Both the position numbers and the translations under genes were made by a program. From IMG/VR virus record IMGVR_UViG_3300027797_000016, positions 32,001 through 96,000 of that record: a stretch of 64,000 bases of DNA; one strand, written 5' to 3'. Positions 1-8,233 of the stretch are shown here, in pieces (within the stretch, counting starts at the first letter, position 1; the number at the start of each line of letters is the position of its first letter). The stretch comes from a virus. The notes beneath the pieces were generated by a model, which was not told where the DNA came from, did not search any database, and worked only from the letters and a program-made list of their open reading frames with translations.

Positions 1-263
1 TCTCCTCCACCAGTTCTATTATGGAGAATACCAGTTCCTAAATCTTTTCTACCAAAGACAGCAATCATATAGATTTCGTGCTTGAATGCTTCTTCTTCAG
101 TAAGATTTTGTTTTAGGAATATGATACGATTTTTATCTTTAGGAACATATATTCCTTTTTGATGTTTTTCATATAATCTGTTTCCTCCACCTTTACCAAC
201 ATAATAAGGAGTTCTGTTCTCACGCAAATATGCATAAGTATAAAATCTTTTAGGATTTACCAT
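1..263 (-). CDS. GIY-YIG free-standing homing endonuclease, 5' part (runs off window)
   Basis: Manual translation MVNPKRFYTYAYLRENRTPYYVGKGGGNR...EEEAFKHEIYMIAVFGRKDLGTGILHNRT; closely similar to 13053-13724. Confidence 0.85.
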   Translation of the reverse strand, partial: MVNPKRFYTYAYLRENRTPYYVGKGGGNRLYEKHQKGIYVPKDKNRIIFLKQNLTEEEAFKHEIYMIAVFGRKDLGTGILHNRTGGG

Positions 264-365
264 TTCTACTCTTAAACTGACTGCATTATTATTTATATTA
301 AAAAGGAGTAGATTTCTCTACTCCCACCTTACAGATTGCAGTCAGTTAAGGCATCATTATTTAGT
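264..365 (-). promoter_or_regulatory. HEG leader cassette A: TAAATA, antisense segment, terminator, TATAAATA, leader
   Basis: Minus strand CTTAACTGACTGCA complementary to leader TGCAGTCAGTTTAAG; hairpin GGAGTAGA-GAAA-TCTACTCC-TTTTT. Confidence 0.75.
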
Positions 366-396
366 ATTAGTACCTAAAAGTGGTTTGCTAAACATA

Positions 397-549
397 TTAA
401 AATACTGGTAAAACTTCAACTTTTTTGCATCCTTGATATTCTACCACATTTTTCCAGAAAAAGGCACTCTCAACATCCAGAAATACTACTGATTGCTTAC
501 TGAACTGACCTTTCTTTTTGGGTTTGAGGTAGACAACACTATATTTCAT
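397..549 (-). CDS. small hypothetical protein (50 aa)
   Basis: MKYSVVYLKPKKKG...; ATGA overlap with upstream gene. Confidence 0.6.
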   Translation of the reverse strand: MKYSVVYLKPKKKGQFSKQSVVFLDVESAFFWKNVVEYQGCKKVEVLPVF

Positions 550-740
550 TTTATTTTTTCTCCCCATACCCATTTTGTTTCTCCTGTTGGATTTGGATGT
601 AGTTCATAATATTCTTCCTCACCCAATCTTCTATAAACATAATGAGTTCCATCCTCTCTTTCACAAACATATTCACACTTATGTGGTGAATATAATCGTG
701 CCTCAATTATTTTGTCTTTTAGATTTAACATCGTAATCAA
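546..740 (-). CDS. hypothetical protein
   Basis: ORF in coupled minus-strand array. Confidence 0.6.
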   Translation of the reverse strand: MITMLNLKDKIIEARLYSPHKCEYVCEREDGTHYVYRRLGEEEYYELHPNPTGETKWVWGEKIK

Positions 741-845
741 TTATAATTCTTTTATGTTCAGTATAAGAGTCTGTGCAGATATAACACTCTAACTTACCAC
801 CAAGTTCTTCTACAAGTTCATTCAGTTTTTCTTTTTGTTCTTCAG

Positions 846-1046
846 TCATTTTTTGCAATCTAAGAAATAAGAATACCTTGCACTATTATCAGGTGTATAT
901 CTTACAACATCACATTCCTTATATGCATCCACCACCTCAAACTTTTGCTCTGGTGGTGATGGTTGTGATTCTAACCAGTTCGCAGCACCATTTATAAGGA
1001 ATGAAAGTGCTGCAATTCCTACAATAATAACAATAATACTTTTCAT
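846..1046 (-). CDS. membrane-anchored hypothetical protein, paralogue of 9344-9580
   Basis: N-terminal TM; FxVVxxYKxCDxVxx...YFLxC shared. Confidence 0.7.
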   Translation of the reverse strand: MKSIIVIIVGIAALSFLINGAANWLESQPSPPEQKFEVVDAYKECDVVRYTPDNSARYSYFLDCKK

Positions 1047-1387
1047 TCTTCTACCTCCCAAGGGGATTTGCGGTTCATAAGTTTTTTCAAACTCTCTATT
1101 TGTTTTGGGTCTGGGTTGTTTATTTTTTCAACCAGGGTATCATAATCCCTCGCAGAAAGCAAGATGCGTTCTGGTTTTGCTCCCTTACCCCAGAACTTCT
1201 CAAACTCCCACTTGTAGTTCATATCCAACCACCCACCATTTAAGGAAGACCAGAATGAAACCCAGATATGATAATCATCAAATCTAAATCCCTGATGAGA
1301 CATCAAACGATACCACCACCAGAAACTTGAGTATTTTAGATAACGATTAGAGATTATCCATTTGTTTAAGAACACTGGAAGGTTCAT
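1043..1387 (-). CDS. Trp-rich hypothetical protein
   Basis: FWxxLNxGWxxM-like motif shared with 1384, 15881, 16302 ORFs. Confidence 0.7.
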   Translation of the reverse strand: MNLPVFLNKWIISNRYLKYSSFWWWYRLMSHQGFRFDDYHIWVSFWSSLNGGWLDMNYKWEFEKFWGKGAKPERILLSARDYDTLVEKINNPDPKQIESLKKLMNRKSPWEVEE

Positions 1388-1680
1388 TTTTTCCACTCAT
1401 ACATTTCACACCACCCATTACTCAATTCCGTCCAAAAAGCATTAGGAAGTTTATAAGAATACTTCATATCTCTCATCCAATATGTATATGCTTCCCAAGC
1501 ATATCCTACACCAATCCAACCACAAAGAAAGTCATACCATTTCGTATTTCTATACACAAAAAGATTATTAGTATCAAATGGGTTCCACCGAAAATAAGGT
1601 TTGAACTCATAAGAATGAAAATCTACATACTTATCGTATTCTTTTTGAGTGTAGTTCTTATATCGTTCAAAGAGGTTCAT
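1384..1680 (-). CDS. Trp-rich hypothetical protein
   Basis: FWTELSNGWCEM motif; ATGA coupling. Confidence 0.7.
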   Translation of the reverse strand: MNLFERYKNYTQKEYDKYVDFHSYEFKPYFRWNPFDTNNLFVYRNTKWYDFLCGWIGVGYAWEAYTYWMRDMKYSYKLPNAFWTELSNGWCEMYEWKK

Positions 1681-1906
1681 TTTCCTCCTCCCAATCAATC
1701 TCAACGGTTTCTGATTGTTCTACATTAGTATAAGGCATCGGATTACCATTCCCTGTTACATCTTCATATATTGTTTCAAACATCCAGTTACAAGCAAAAC
1801 TCTCAAATGCTTCTTGAGTTGGTTCTTCCTCAAATAGTTCTTCTGTGGGAGTGAATGTGAGAGTTCGGGTGTATGTGACTGTGACTGCTTTGAGTGGGAT
1901 TTTCAT
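1667..1906 (-). CDS. hypothetical protein
   Basis: ATGA coupling; resembles 15394-15624. Confidence 0.65.
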   Translation of the reverse strand: MKIPLKAVTVTYTRTLTFTPTEELFEEEPTQEAFESFACNWMFETIYEDVTGNGNPMPYTNVEQSETVEIDWEEENEPL

Positions 1907-2091
1907 TTTAGGTTCTCCAGTTCCTGTTTGATTTGTTTGAGGTTCATTCCTGCCCAAATATCAAGGGCAATATCTGCTTTTTGAATTGCGGTCCAGAGTT
2001 TAGGATAATTCCTCCAATCCACAACATCCTCATCAATTGCTATAAGCAAATCAAGAATACAGATTTTATAGAGTTTTTCTGTTTCAGTCAT
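1903..2091 (-). CDS. hypothetical protein
   Basis: MTE start, ATGA overlap. Confidence 0.65.
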   Translation of the reverse strand: MTETEKLYKICILDLLIAIDEDVVDWRNYPKLWTAIQKADIALDIWAGMNLKQIKQELENLK

Positions 2092-2312
2092 TTTCCTTCC
2101 AGTTCATCAAGAATACCAGCAGCATAAGAACCAAAGTCAATCTCACCCAACGCTGTATCACCACAATACTCGGGCACATTCTCCATCATAAATTCATCAA
2201 GATAAAGAAACACACGAATTGCTCTGCGTTTATCGTGCTCGGTGATTATGGTATGAGGTTCCGCAATAGTTTTCGCAACCATATCAAAGAGTTCGTCTAT
2301 AGTAAGTTTCAT
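2088..2312 (-). CDS. hypothetical protein
   Basis: first gene after promoter element. Confidence 0.65.
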   Translation of the reverse strand: MKLTIDELFDMVAKTIAEPHTIITEHDKRRAIRVFLYLDEFMMENVPEYCGDTALGEIDFGSYAAGILDELEGK

Positions 2313-2327
2313 TTGCTATTTGCGAAT

Positions 2328-2397
2328 TGTGTATGAGTGTATTATAAGGCATCTGGTGGGGTTTTGGTGGGGTCTTGTGCCAGTTCGTCAGGTGTCT
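2328..2397 (-). promoter_or_regulatory. repeated early promoter element
   Basis: GACACCTGACGAACTGGCAC...GATGCCTTATAATACACTCATACAC. Confidence 0.75.
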
Positions 2398-2566
2398 CAT
2401 CACTCAAAGAAATGCGGAGATTATCCCCCCCAATATGAAGGTGGAATATCCTCCCATCATTCAAGTATATTCCGCACCAATACACATCTTCCGTCATATT
2501 TTCCCAATGGACCATCTTCACATCTTCTAACACAAACTCATCAGGATTGGTAAGTCTTTCGGTCAT
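2342..2566 (-). CDS. hypothetical protein (C-terminus encoded by promoter element)
   Basis: ends TPDELAQ...PPDAL as does 19309-19602. Confidence 0.65.
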   Translation of the reverse strand: MTERLTNPDEFVLEDVKMVHWENMTEDVYWCGIYLNDGRIFHLHIGGDNLRISLSDETPDELAQDPTKTPPDAL

Positions 2567-2829
2567 TGATAGGGATTGGGTAGATTTTTGATGATTTCAG
2601 TAAAGAAAGCAAGACGGTCTTTGGTATAAGCGACATCAACTCCGTGTGTCTCACAGAGTTTCATAATCTTTTTACTCTTTTCGTTGTAAAAAGAATATCC
2701 CTCAAATTGCCCATACTCAACATCATCAATAAGTGATTCCTTCATCACCTCAAATAACTGAAATAATTCTTGTTGAGAGAGTTCTACTTGTCGTCCAGTT
2801 TGTTGGTGCCCGTTGAATGTGATTTTCAT
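2563..2829 (-). CDS. hypothetical protein
   Basis: ORF in coupled array. Confidence 0.65.
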   Translation of the reverse strand: MKITFNGHQQTGRQVELSQQELFQLFEVMKESLIDDVEYGQFEGYSFYNEKSKKIMKLCETHGVDVAYTKDRLAFFTEIIKNLPNPYQ

Positions 2830-2830
2830 T

Positions 2831-3091
2831 TCAATTTACTCCATACAATTCCAAAATCCTTTTCGCAACAACAATAGAAAGTTCTTTGTTCCCAATAGAC
2901 ATATCTTCGGTGATGTTTTTAGAACCTTCTTCAAGTCCTCGTTCTCCAGATTTTATGTAAACTCCACCATTATCTGCTTGGAGTTCCACCCGATAAGTCA
3001 TTCCTTCTGCCTCATCAGTATATTCGTAGCAGTCGGTGGTACTATGAAGAATTTGAGTTCCGGGAACGATATTGTAAGGTTGAAAAGTCAT
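2831..3091 (-). CDS. hypothetical protein
   Basis: first gene after promoter element. Confidence 0.65.
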   Translation of the reverse strand: MTFQPYNIVPGTQILHSTTDCYEYTDEAEGMTYRVELQADNGGVYIKSGERGLEEGSKNITEDMSIGNKELSIVVAKRILELYGVN

Positions 3092-3098
3092 TAGGTTT

Positions 3099-3172
3099 CT
3101 GTGTGTATGAGTGTATTATAATGCATCCAAGTCACCACCGGGTCTTTCGTGTGCCTCTTTCATAAGTGTCTC
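3099..3172 (-). promoter_or_regulatory. repeated early promoter element
   Basis: GACACTT...GGCAC...TATAATACACTCATACAC. Confidence 0.7.
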
Positions 3173-3394
3173 CGTTCTCTTGAGGAACTCATTACCTTGT
3201 GCTTCAATCAAATCGGCAAGGTTATTCAAATCTTCTACTGGAATACTGTCCTTCATACCATACTTACGGGCAAAGGCATAGATTGCTGATTTTAATGCGA
3301 GAGATTGTAAATGTTCCATAGAAATTGGACCTCCGTGTGGAAGACCAGCACAAGTATCGTTGTAGTATTCGTTATATCGATCCAACAAAAGCAT
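3116..3394 (-). CDS. hypothetical protein
   Basis: ORF between two promoter elements. Confidence 0.6.
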   Translation of the reverse strand: MLLLDRYNEYYNDTCAGLPHGGPISMEHLQSLALKSAIYAFARKYGMKDSIPVEDLNNLADLIEAQGNEFLKRTETLMKEAHERPGGDLDAL

Positions 3395-3414
3395 TTTCTT
3401 TCATCAAGATAAAT

Positions 3415-3474
3415 CAATTATACAACAAAAGGCACCTAAAATCAAGTGCCCTTGTGCCAGTTCTTCAAGCGTCC
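3415..3474 (-). promoter_or_regulatory. repeated early promoter element, TTGATT-N17-TATAAT with GGCAC/GTGCC hairpin
   Basis: read directly from sequence. Confidence 0.75.
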
Positions 3475-4254
3475 TTATGATATTCTAACTCTTTTGGAAG
3501 TATCTATTCCCCGTGCCCTTTGGTATTTTGCGAGATTACCAGCGTTTGTAATAAATCCAGTTTCTGTACACATCCATCTATGAGAATTTGCTTTTTTGCT
3601 ATTAATACTTCGTTCCTCAAAAGTAAGTGAATGAACTCCTATACCATCTTCATAACATTTTTTTCCTATTTCTCTTCTCTCTTCAATTGTTAAAGAATGT
3701 ATTCCTACACCATTTTCATAATTTTTTATTCCTATTTCTCTCAATTGTTCAGTAGTAAAGGAATGAACTCCTACACCATCTTCATAACATTTTTTTCCTA
3801 TTTCTCTTTTCTCTTCAATTGTTAAAGAATGTATTCCCTTCCCATCTTCATAACTTTTTTGTCCTATTTTTTTGCTTAATTCACTTCTTTCTTCTTGTGT
3901 TAAAGAAAAACAAGCATTTTTATTTTTATAAAGATTTTTTCCATTTTTTCTTCTTGTATCTAACGAAAAATTTCCACTACAACTTTCATTTAAGCACCAC
4001 TTATCAACATTATAAAATGGTTTTATTAATTGCCCCTCAATTTTTTGTGCGTGTTTCCAACCTTCATCAGTATAATCAAAAAGTTGTAATGTTTGTTTCT
4101 TTGGAGTATAAAGTTCCCAACACCACTTATGAGTTTTAGGAGAACCCACATAGTACTCACCAAACTTTTTCTCCTTATGAACTCCATAATAATAATACAA
4201 AACTTCCTCAAAGGTAATTTTATATGTGTATATTCTTGGACTTTGTGAAGTCAT
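3475..4254 (-). CDS. putative GIY-YIG-like free-standing endonuclease with 22-aa tandem repeats
   Basis: IYTYKIT...YYYGVH...YxGS N-terminus; SLTxEERREIGKKCYEDGxGxH repeats; HEG-type leader cassette. Confidence 0.7.
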   Translation of the reverse strand: MTSQSPRIYTYKITFEEVLYYYYGVHKEKKFGEYYVGSPKTHKWCWELYTPKKQTLQLFDYTDEGWKHAQKIEGQLIKPFYNVDKWCLNESCSGNFSLDTRRKNGKNLYKNKNACFSLTQEERSELSKKIGQKSYEDGKGIHSLTIEEKREIGKKCYEDGVGVHSFTTEQLREIGIKNYENGVGIHSLTIEERREIGKKCYEDGIGVHSLTFEERSINSKKANSHRWMCTETGFITNAGNLAKYQRARGIDTSKRVRIS

Positions 4255-4360
4255 AGTTCTGCTTTATGGTGTGTCGTATTACTATTTATACAAGAAAAGG
4301 TGCCCGAAAGCACCTAATCTCCGCTTCTGGTTACGACACACATAAGCATCTTTATTTATG
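4255..4360 (-). promoter_or_regulatory. HEG leader cassette B
   Basis: GCTTATGTGTGTCGTA vs leader TACGACACACCATAAAGC; AGGTGCT-TTCG-GGCACCT-TTT hairpin; TAAATA and TATAAATA. Confidence 0.75.
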
Positions 4361-4718
4361 AGTAATTGTAATGTAAATGTGTTTCCCAAGTAAAGAATGG
4401 TTGGTCACGACGAGCAATCATTTCTACAATATAATCCGGAACCAGTTTACCATACTTTTCCATAAATTCATCTTCTGTTGGTTGTTCCAATCCTTGCATA
4501 TAATAATCAGCACCTTCACCAACAAACTTCTCAAAATAACAAAGGTCGTGGTCTTTATCACCAATCGGTAGATAGTTACGGCAAATCTTCAACCAATAAA
4601 ACCTACCTTCCCCAGTCGCAACATAATCAATAGCAAAGAACCTGTAAAATGGTCTTTTATTTTCTGCTTCTCTTTCGGCAGCAATATCAAGCATTTCATC
4701 AAGTGTAAGGTCAGTCAT
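4356..4718 (-). CDS. hypothetical protein
   Basis: MTD start with GGAGG RBS, ATGA overlap. Confidence 0.7.
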   Translation of the reverse strand: MTDLTLDEMLDIAAEREAENKRPFYRFFAIDYVATGEGRFYWLKICRNYLPIGDKDHDLCYFEKFVGEGADYYMQGLEQPTEDEFMEKYGKLVPDYIVEMIARRDQPFFTWETHLHYNYS

Positions 4719-4966
4719 AATGCCTCCAATTCATCAGCAAGTTTAAGAATGTCTTTTACATTTACAACACCAATTCCGTGGTCTCCATCTACACTAAAGT
4801 TCCAGTATGAAAGTTCTGTTACTAATGTTCTCAATACGGCAGCAAACTCATAATGTGTTTTTTTAACCATAGGGTCTCTACCCTCACGAATAAGTTTCCC
4901 AAGAGTGGGAGAACCTTCGGCAACATTTCGTGCTGCTGCTATAATTTTTTGTGCTGTTTCAGTCAT
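4715..4966 (-). CDS. MTERA...ELEAL family paralogue
   Basis: shared helical pattern and junction sequence. Confidence 0.7.
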   Translation of the reverse strand: MTETAQKIIAAARNVAEGSPTLGKLIREGRDPMVKKTHYEFAAVLRTLVTELSYWNFSVDGDHGIGVVNVKDILKLADELEAL

Positions 4967-5270
4967 TCAGTTTCTCCGCAAGTTCTTCTGTGGTGTATTT
5001 TTCTCCATCAAAATTGAAAAAGGTTCTATCTTTTCCAAGAACTTGATGTTCGTAATAAGTTTTTCCAGAGACTTGTGGAAACTCACCATTCACTTTTTCT
5101 TTTATATAGTTGATGTCTCCAATATAGTCGTCACAATCAAGACTACCCGTAAATTGTTTTGGATGATTGTTCATAAACTTCACAGTTGCTTCTACCAAAC
5201 TCATATCAGGTTTTGTGGATACTAACTGAAATCCAAAGCGGGCAAGTAGTTTGTTGAATAGGTCAATCAT
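4959..5270 (-). CDS. hypothetical protein
   Basis: coupled array. Confidence 0.65.
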   Translation of the reverse strand: MIDLFNKLLARFGFQLVSTKPDMSLVEATVKFMNNHPKQFTGSLDCDDYIGDINYIKEKVNGEFPQVSGKTYYEHQVLGKDRTFFNFDGEKYTTEELAEKLND

Positions 5271-5499
5271 TTTCCCCGACCTTCATTTTAGTAATAACAT
5301 AATGAAATTGAGGTTTGCCTTCCTCATCCAAAATATCCTCTCCAGGACACATATAAAAGATGATTTTAGCACCACTCGCAAGTTGTTCTTCAATACCTTC
5401 CATCGTTCTATATGTTCCAGTTCTCATATATTCTGGAAGTGAATTGAATGCGTCCTCAAGGATTTTTATTTGTTCTTGTGTAAGGTTTCTTTCAGTCAT
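5263..5499 (-). CDS. hypothetical protein
   Basis: MTE start, TAATG overlap. Confidence 0.65.
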   Translation of the reverse strand: MTERNLTQEQIKILEDAFNSLPEYMRTGTYRTMEGIEEQLASGAKIIFYMCPGEDILDEEGKPQFHYVITKMKVGEND

Positions 5500-5711
5500 T
5501 AGAGTTTCTCCAGTTCATCTCTCAATTTAGCAAGTTCTTTTACATCAATAATAGAATAATATGAATCTTGTGGATTTGGATATTGTGTAAGTCGAATTAT
5601 AATTTCTGTGATACTTTGGCAAAGTGCTTCTTTCATATCATCTGTTGGTTCTTGTCTAAGTCCTCCACAAAACTCATCCCAAACTAATTGTGCTCTTTTG
5701 AGGTCAGTCAT
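5499..5711 (-). CDS. MTERA...ELEAL family paralogue
   Basis: EPTDDMKEAL shared with 17736-17945. Confidence 0.7.
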   Translation of the reverse strand: MTDLKRAQLVWDEFCGGLRQEPTDDMKEALCQSITEIIIRLTQYPNPQDSYYSIIDVKELAKLRDELEKL

Positions 5712-5917
5712 TTTTCTAACCTTTCAGTAATATTTTCAAAAGAACTATAATCATAAGAAGTTGGTTGTCCCATTCTCAATTTCCCATCAGTATAAGAATG
5801 TTTATGAATTACCATCTTCCCCCCAAGTCCAACGAAGTCAATCAGTATTCTATCACATTCATAGAATTCTTTGAGATATTGTGATACTTTTACATAATCT
5901 ATGGGTTTAGCAGTCAT
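5708..5917 (-). CDS. hypothetical protein
   Basis: coupled array. Confidence 0.6.
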   Translation of the reverse strand: MTAKPIDYVKVSQYLKEFYECDRILIDFVGLGGKMVIHKHSYTDGKLRMGQPTSYDYSSFENITERLEK

Positions 5918-6045
5918 TTTTCTGTTTTTCCATAAGTTCTTTCAATTTTTGTTTAGCATAATCCGTGAGTTCTCTTTTTGACTTTCTCAACTCGTCAATT
6001 TCACTTTGAGATAGAAGGAACCCGTCTGGGATATTCCCGTATTCT

Positions 6046-6240
6046 TCACTCATCTCTTATATCCTTGAACCATTGGGCGAATTTAATCCATTCTTTATCA
6101 TTAAATGCTTCTGAACGATTGGCAGCACTGTAATCTTGGTTCCCATTTTCAGCACAAAATTTATGAAATGCGTGTTTAATCTCACACATCATAAGGTATC
6201 GGTGCATATTAACCATTTCGCATATTTGGGCATCAGTCAT
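6046..6240 (-). CDS. hypothetical protein
   Basis: MTD start, ATGA overlap. Confidence 0.6.
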   Translation of the reverse strand: MTDAQICEMVNMHRYLMMCEIKHAFHKFCAENGNQDYSAANRSEAFNDKEWIKFAQWFKDIRDE

Positions 6241-6419
6241 ACTTCCCACGCATAAGATTTCAGGAGTTCGTTGTCTCTTTCAAGTGTCTCAATTTTATCA
6301 TACAAATCGTCAATAATTTCAATCAAAGCACAATAGTCAATACTTTCAATATCAGCACCATTTTCCATATCGGCATAGGTGTAATAAGACAATTGCTGTT
6401 TTAGGTTGCGTTCAGTCAT
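6237..6419 (-). CDS. hypothetical protein
   Basis: MTE start, ATGA overlap. Confidence 0.6.
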   Translation of the reverse strand: MTERNLKQQLSYYTYADMENGADIESIDYCALIEIIDDLYDKIETLERDNELLKSYAWEV

Positions 6420-6607
6420 TTGTTTTTTTGTTTCTCAAAGTATTCAGTAAGTCCTTCAACTGCTCCAATAGAAAAGGCAATCCAACCTGGAGACAATACC
6501 CAAATCCAACTCCAATCAATAGTGTGAGTTAGTTTAGCACAAATAAAAAGAAAGAGCAAACTTTCAAAAATGCCGATTTTGAGTTTGCCGATTTTGATTG
6601 GGTTCAT
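6416..6607 (-). CDS. small membrane protein
   Basis: KLTxxIDWSWxWVLSPxW motif common in small phage membrane proteins. Confidence 0.7.
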   Translation of the reverse strand: MNPIKIGKLKIGIFESLLFLFICAKLTHTIDWSWIWVLSPGWIAFSIGAVEGLTEYFEKQKNK

Positions 6608-6608
6608 T

Positions 6609-6827
6609 TCAGTTGTCCTCCTTCAAACGAATATTGCCTTCAGTATCACCACACATAGAATAGAAAGCATCTTCAGCAATAGAACGCAAGAATGTATCAT
6701 AGTCATTTTGTGTGGGTTCCCCTTCTTGTCCGGATGTTTCCTCTTCCCACATTTTCAAGAAATCATCTACGGAAAGTGTGAATTCACGGGGAATGTATGC
6801 GACTTTGGGAATGATGTGATTAGTCAT
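6609..6827 (-). CDS. hypothetical protein
   Basis: follows TATAATACACTCATACAC half element at 6835-6855. Confidence 0.65.
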   Translation of the reverse strand: MTNHIIPKVAYIPREFTLSVDDFLKMWEEETSGQEGEPTQNDYDTFLRSIAEDAFYSMCGDTEGNIRLKEDN

Positions 6828-6995
6828 AATGTGTTTGTGTATGAGTGTATTATACAGGATTTCCGTCAATAAACATAGGGTGATTTGGATAAGAACTCCT
6901 AACCATCATCACCCTAATCATAAGAGAACCATAACTCCCAGATTGTTTCATAGGAGTTCCCTTTCTGGTGTGGTTCCAAGATAGAACAGACATAA

Positions 6996-7250
6996 TCAAT
7001 CTCCAAGACTACCAGACCTTACACTATCCACACCAGATAACCACCCATCATTATAACCATTTTTACCACCATCTTCCCATCCATCATCATAACCAACACC
7101 ATATGCTTTATCAGCAACCGCAAGAGCAAACTTTACAGCAACCTCACGAAAGGCATTATTCATAGCACCAGTCATAACACCAGCACCAAGAGTATTCATT
7201 CCAAACTGGGTTCCATCACCCCAGAGTTCAATAAGTTCTTGTTCAGTCAT
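6996..7250 (-). CDS. hypothetical protein with GxxxG repeats
   Basis: GYDDGWEDG...GYNDGW. Confidence 0.6.
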   Translation of the reverse strand: MTEQELIELWGDGTQFGMNTLGAGVMTGAMNNAFREVAVKFALAVADKAYGVGYDDGWEDGGKNGYNDGWLSGVDSVRSGSLGD

Positions 7251-7251
7251 C

Positions 7252-7330
7252 AGGTGTTTGTGTGTATGAGACTATTATAAGGCATCCAGAGGCACCCAGA
7301 GCATCCCCTGTGCCAGTTCTTCAAGTGTCC
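7252..7330 (-). promoter_or_regulatory. repeated early promoter element
   Basis: GGACACTTGAAGAACTGGCAC...GATGCCTTATAAT. Confidence 0.75.
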
Positions 7331-7462
7331 TCACCCAAGTTCTTATAAATCGCATCCATCCATATCTTATCAAAATATTTCCTGTCTTCATCAGTAATCA
7401 TATTTGCTCTCATATACTCTTCAAGTGTGATGTTATTATCATCCAAGTATTTTTGGAGTTCT

Positions 7463-7747
7463 TCAAGGTTTATAGACATAAACCTCAAAGGTTATTTTAT
7501 TCATATGGTCTCCAAATTCCATATTCATACTTACTACCTGTGCTTTTCCTGTTTGGATTTGTCCTGCTACTTGTTGAAAAGAAGTTTTCAAATCATCAAG
7601 GTCATAAGATTTGAGTATTGGAGGTTTTGATTTCTTCAGTTCATCTGCAAATGTTTCTTCACCCTCATAATCTTCTATTCTTGGAAATTTTGGTTTCTCT
7701 TTCTTTCCGTAAAGTTCCTCATATTTTTGTAGTAAAGGGTTCATCAT
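7463..7747 (-). CDS. hypothetical protein, paralogue of 11928-12176
   Basis: NPLxxKY...SFQQVAxQxQTxxAQVxSM...IxFEVY. Confidence 0.7.
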   Translation of the reverse strand: MMNPLLQKYEELYGKKEKPKFPRIEDYEGEETFADELKKSKPPILKSYDLDDLKTSFQQVAGQIQTGKAQVVSMNMEFGDHMNKITFEVYVYKP

Positions 7748-7950
7748 TCTAAAATAATATCACAACCATCGTTTCGTAAGTTCAACGACCACACAGATTT
7801 TACCACATTTGATAGATTATTACCAACACTCATCCACACCTCAAAATCCTCACCATACTCATTTGTATCAGGAAGAACACTCAAGATTTCTTTGAGTTCC
7901 CGAATGGTGAGTGCGTCAGTTGTGAATGGTTGGTTTCTTATATCAGTCAT
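7744..7950 (-). CDS. hypothetical protein
   Basis: coupled array. Confidence 0.6.
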   Translation of the reverse strand: MTDIRNQPFTTDALTIRELKEILSVLPDTNEYGEDFEVWMSVGNNLSNVVKSVWSLNLRNDGCDIILE

Positions 7951-8047
7951 TTCTCACACCGATGTAATGGAATACGAAGAAACTGAAAGAACCTTCCAGT
8001 CCATCCTATCATATCTCCACATTTAGGACAACAATACGATGGGTAGG

Positions 8048-8233
8048 TCATTTCAATCCAATCAGTTTAGCAAAATCAGGAGTGATAGTAAGGTTTTGTT
8101 CTCTTACAAGATTACGAACTTCCTTACGAAGATTTATCCACTTGCTGTAGTAATCTTGTGATGCTTTTTGTGCTCTGTTTTTAGCATCAAAGTCGCACTG
8201 GTGCTCGTAAGTTCTGGTTTCGTAGTATCTCAT
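8048..8233 (-). CDS. hypothetical protein
   Basis: coupled array. Confidence 0.6.
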   Translation of the reverse strand: MRYYETRTYEHQCDFDAKNRAQKASQDYYSKWINLRKEVRNLVREQNLTITPDFAKLIGLK

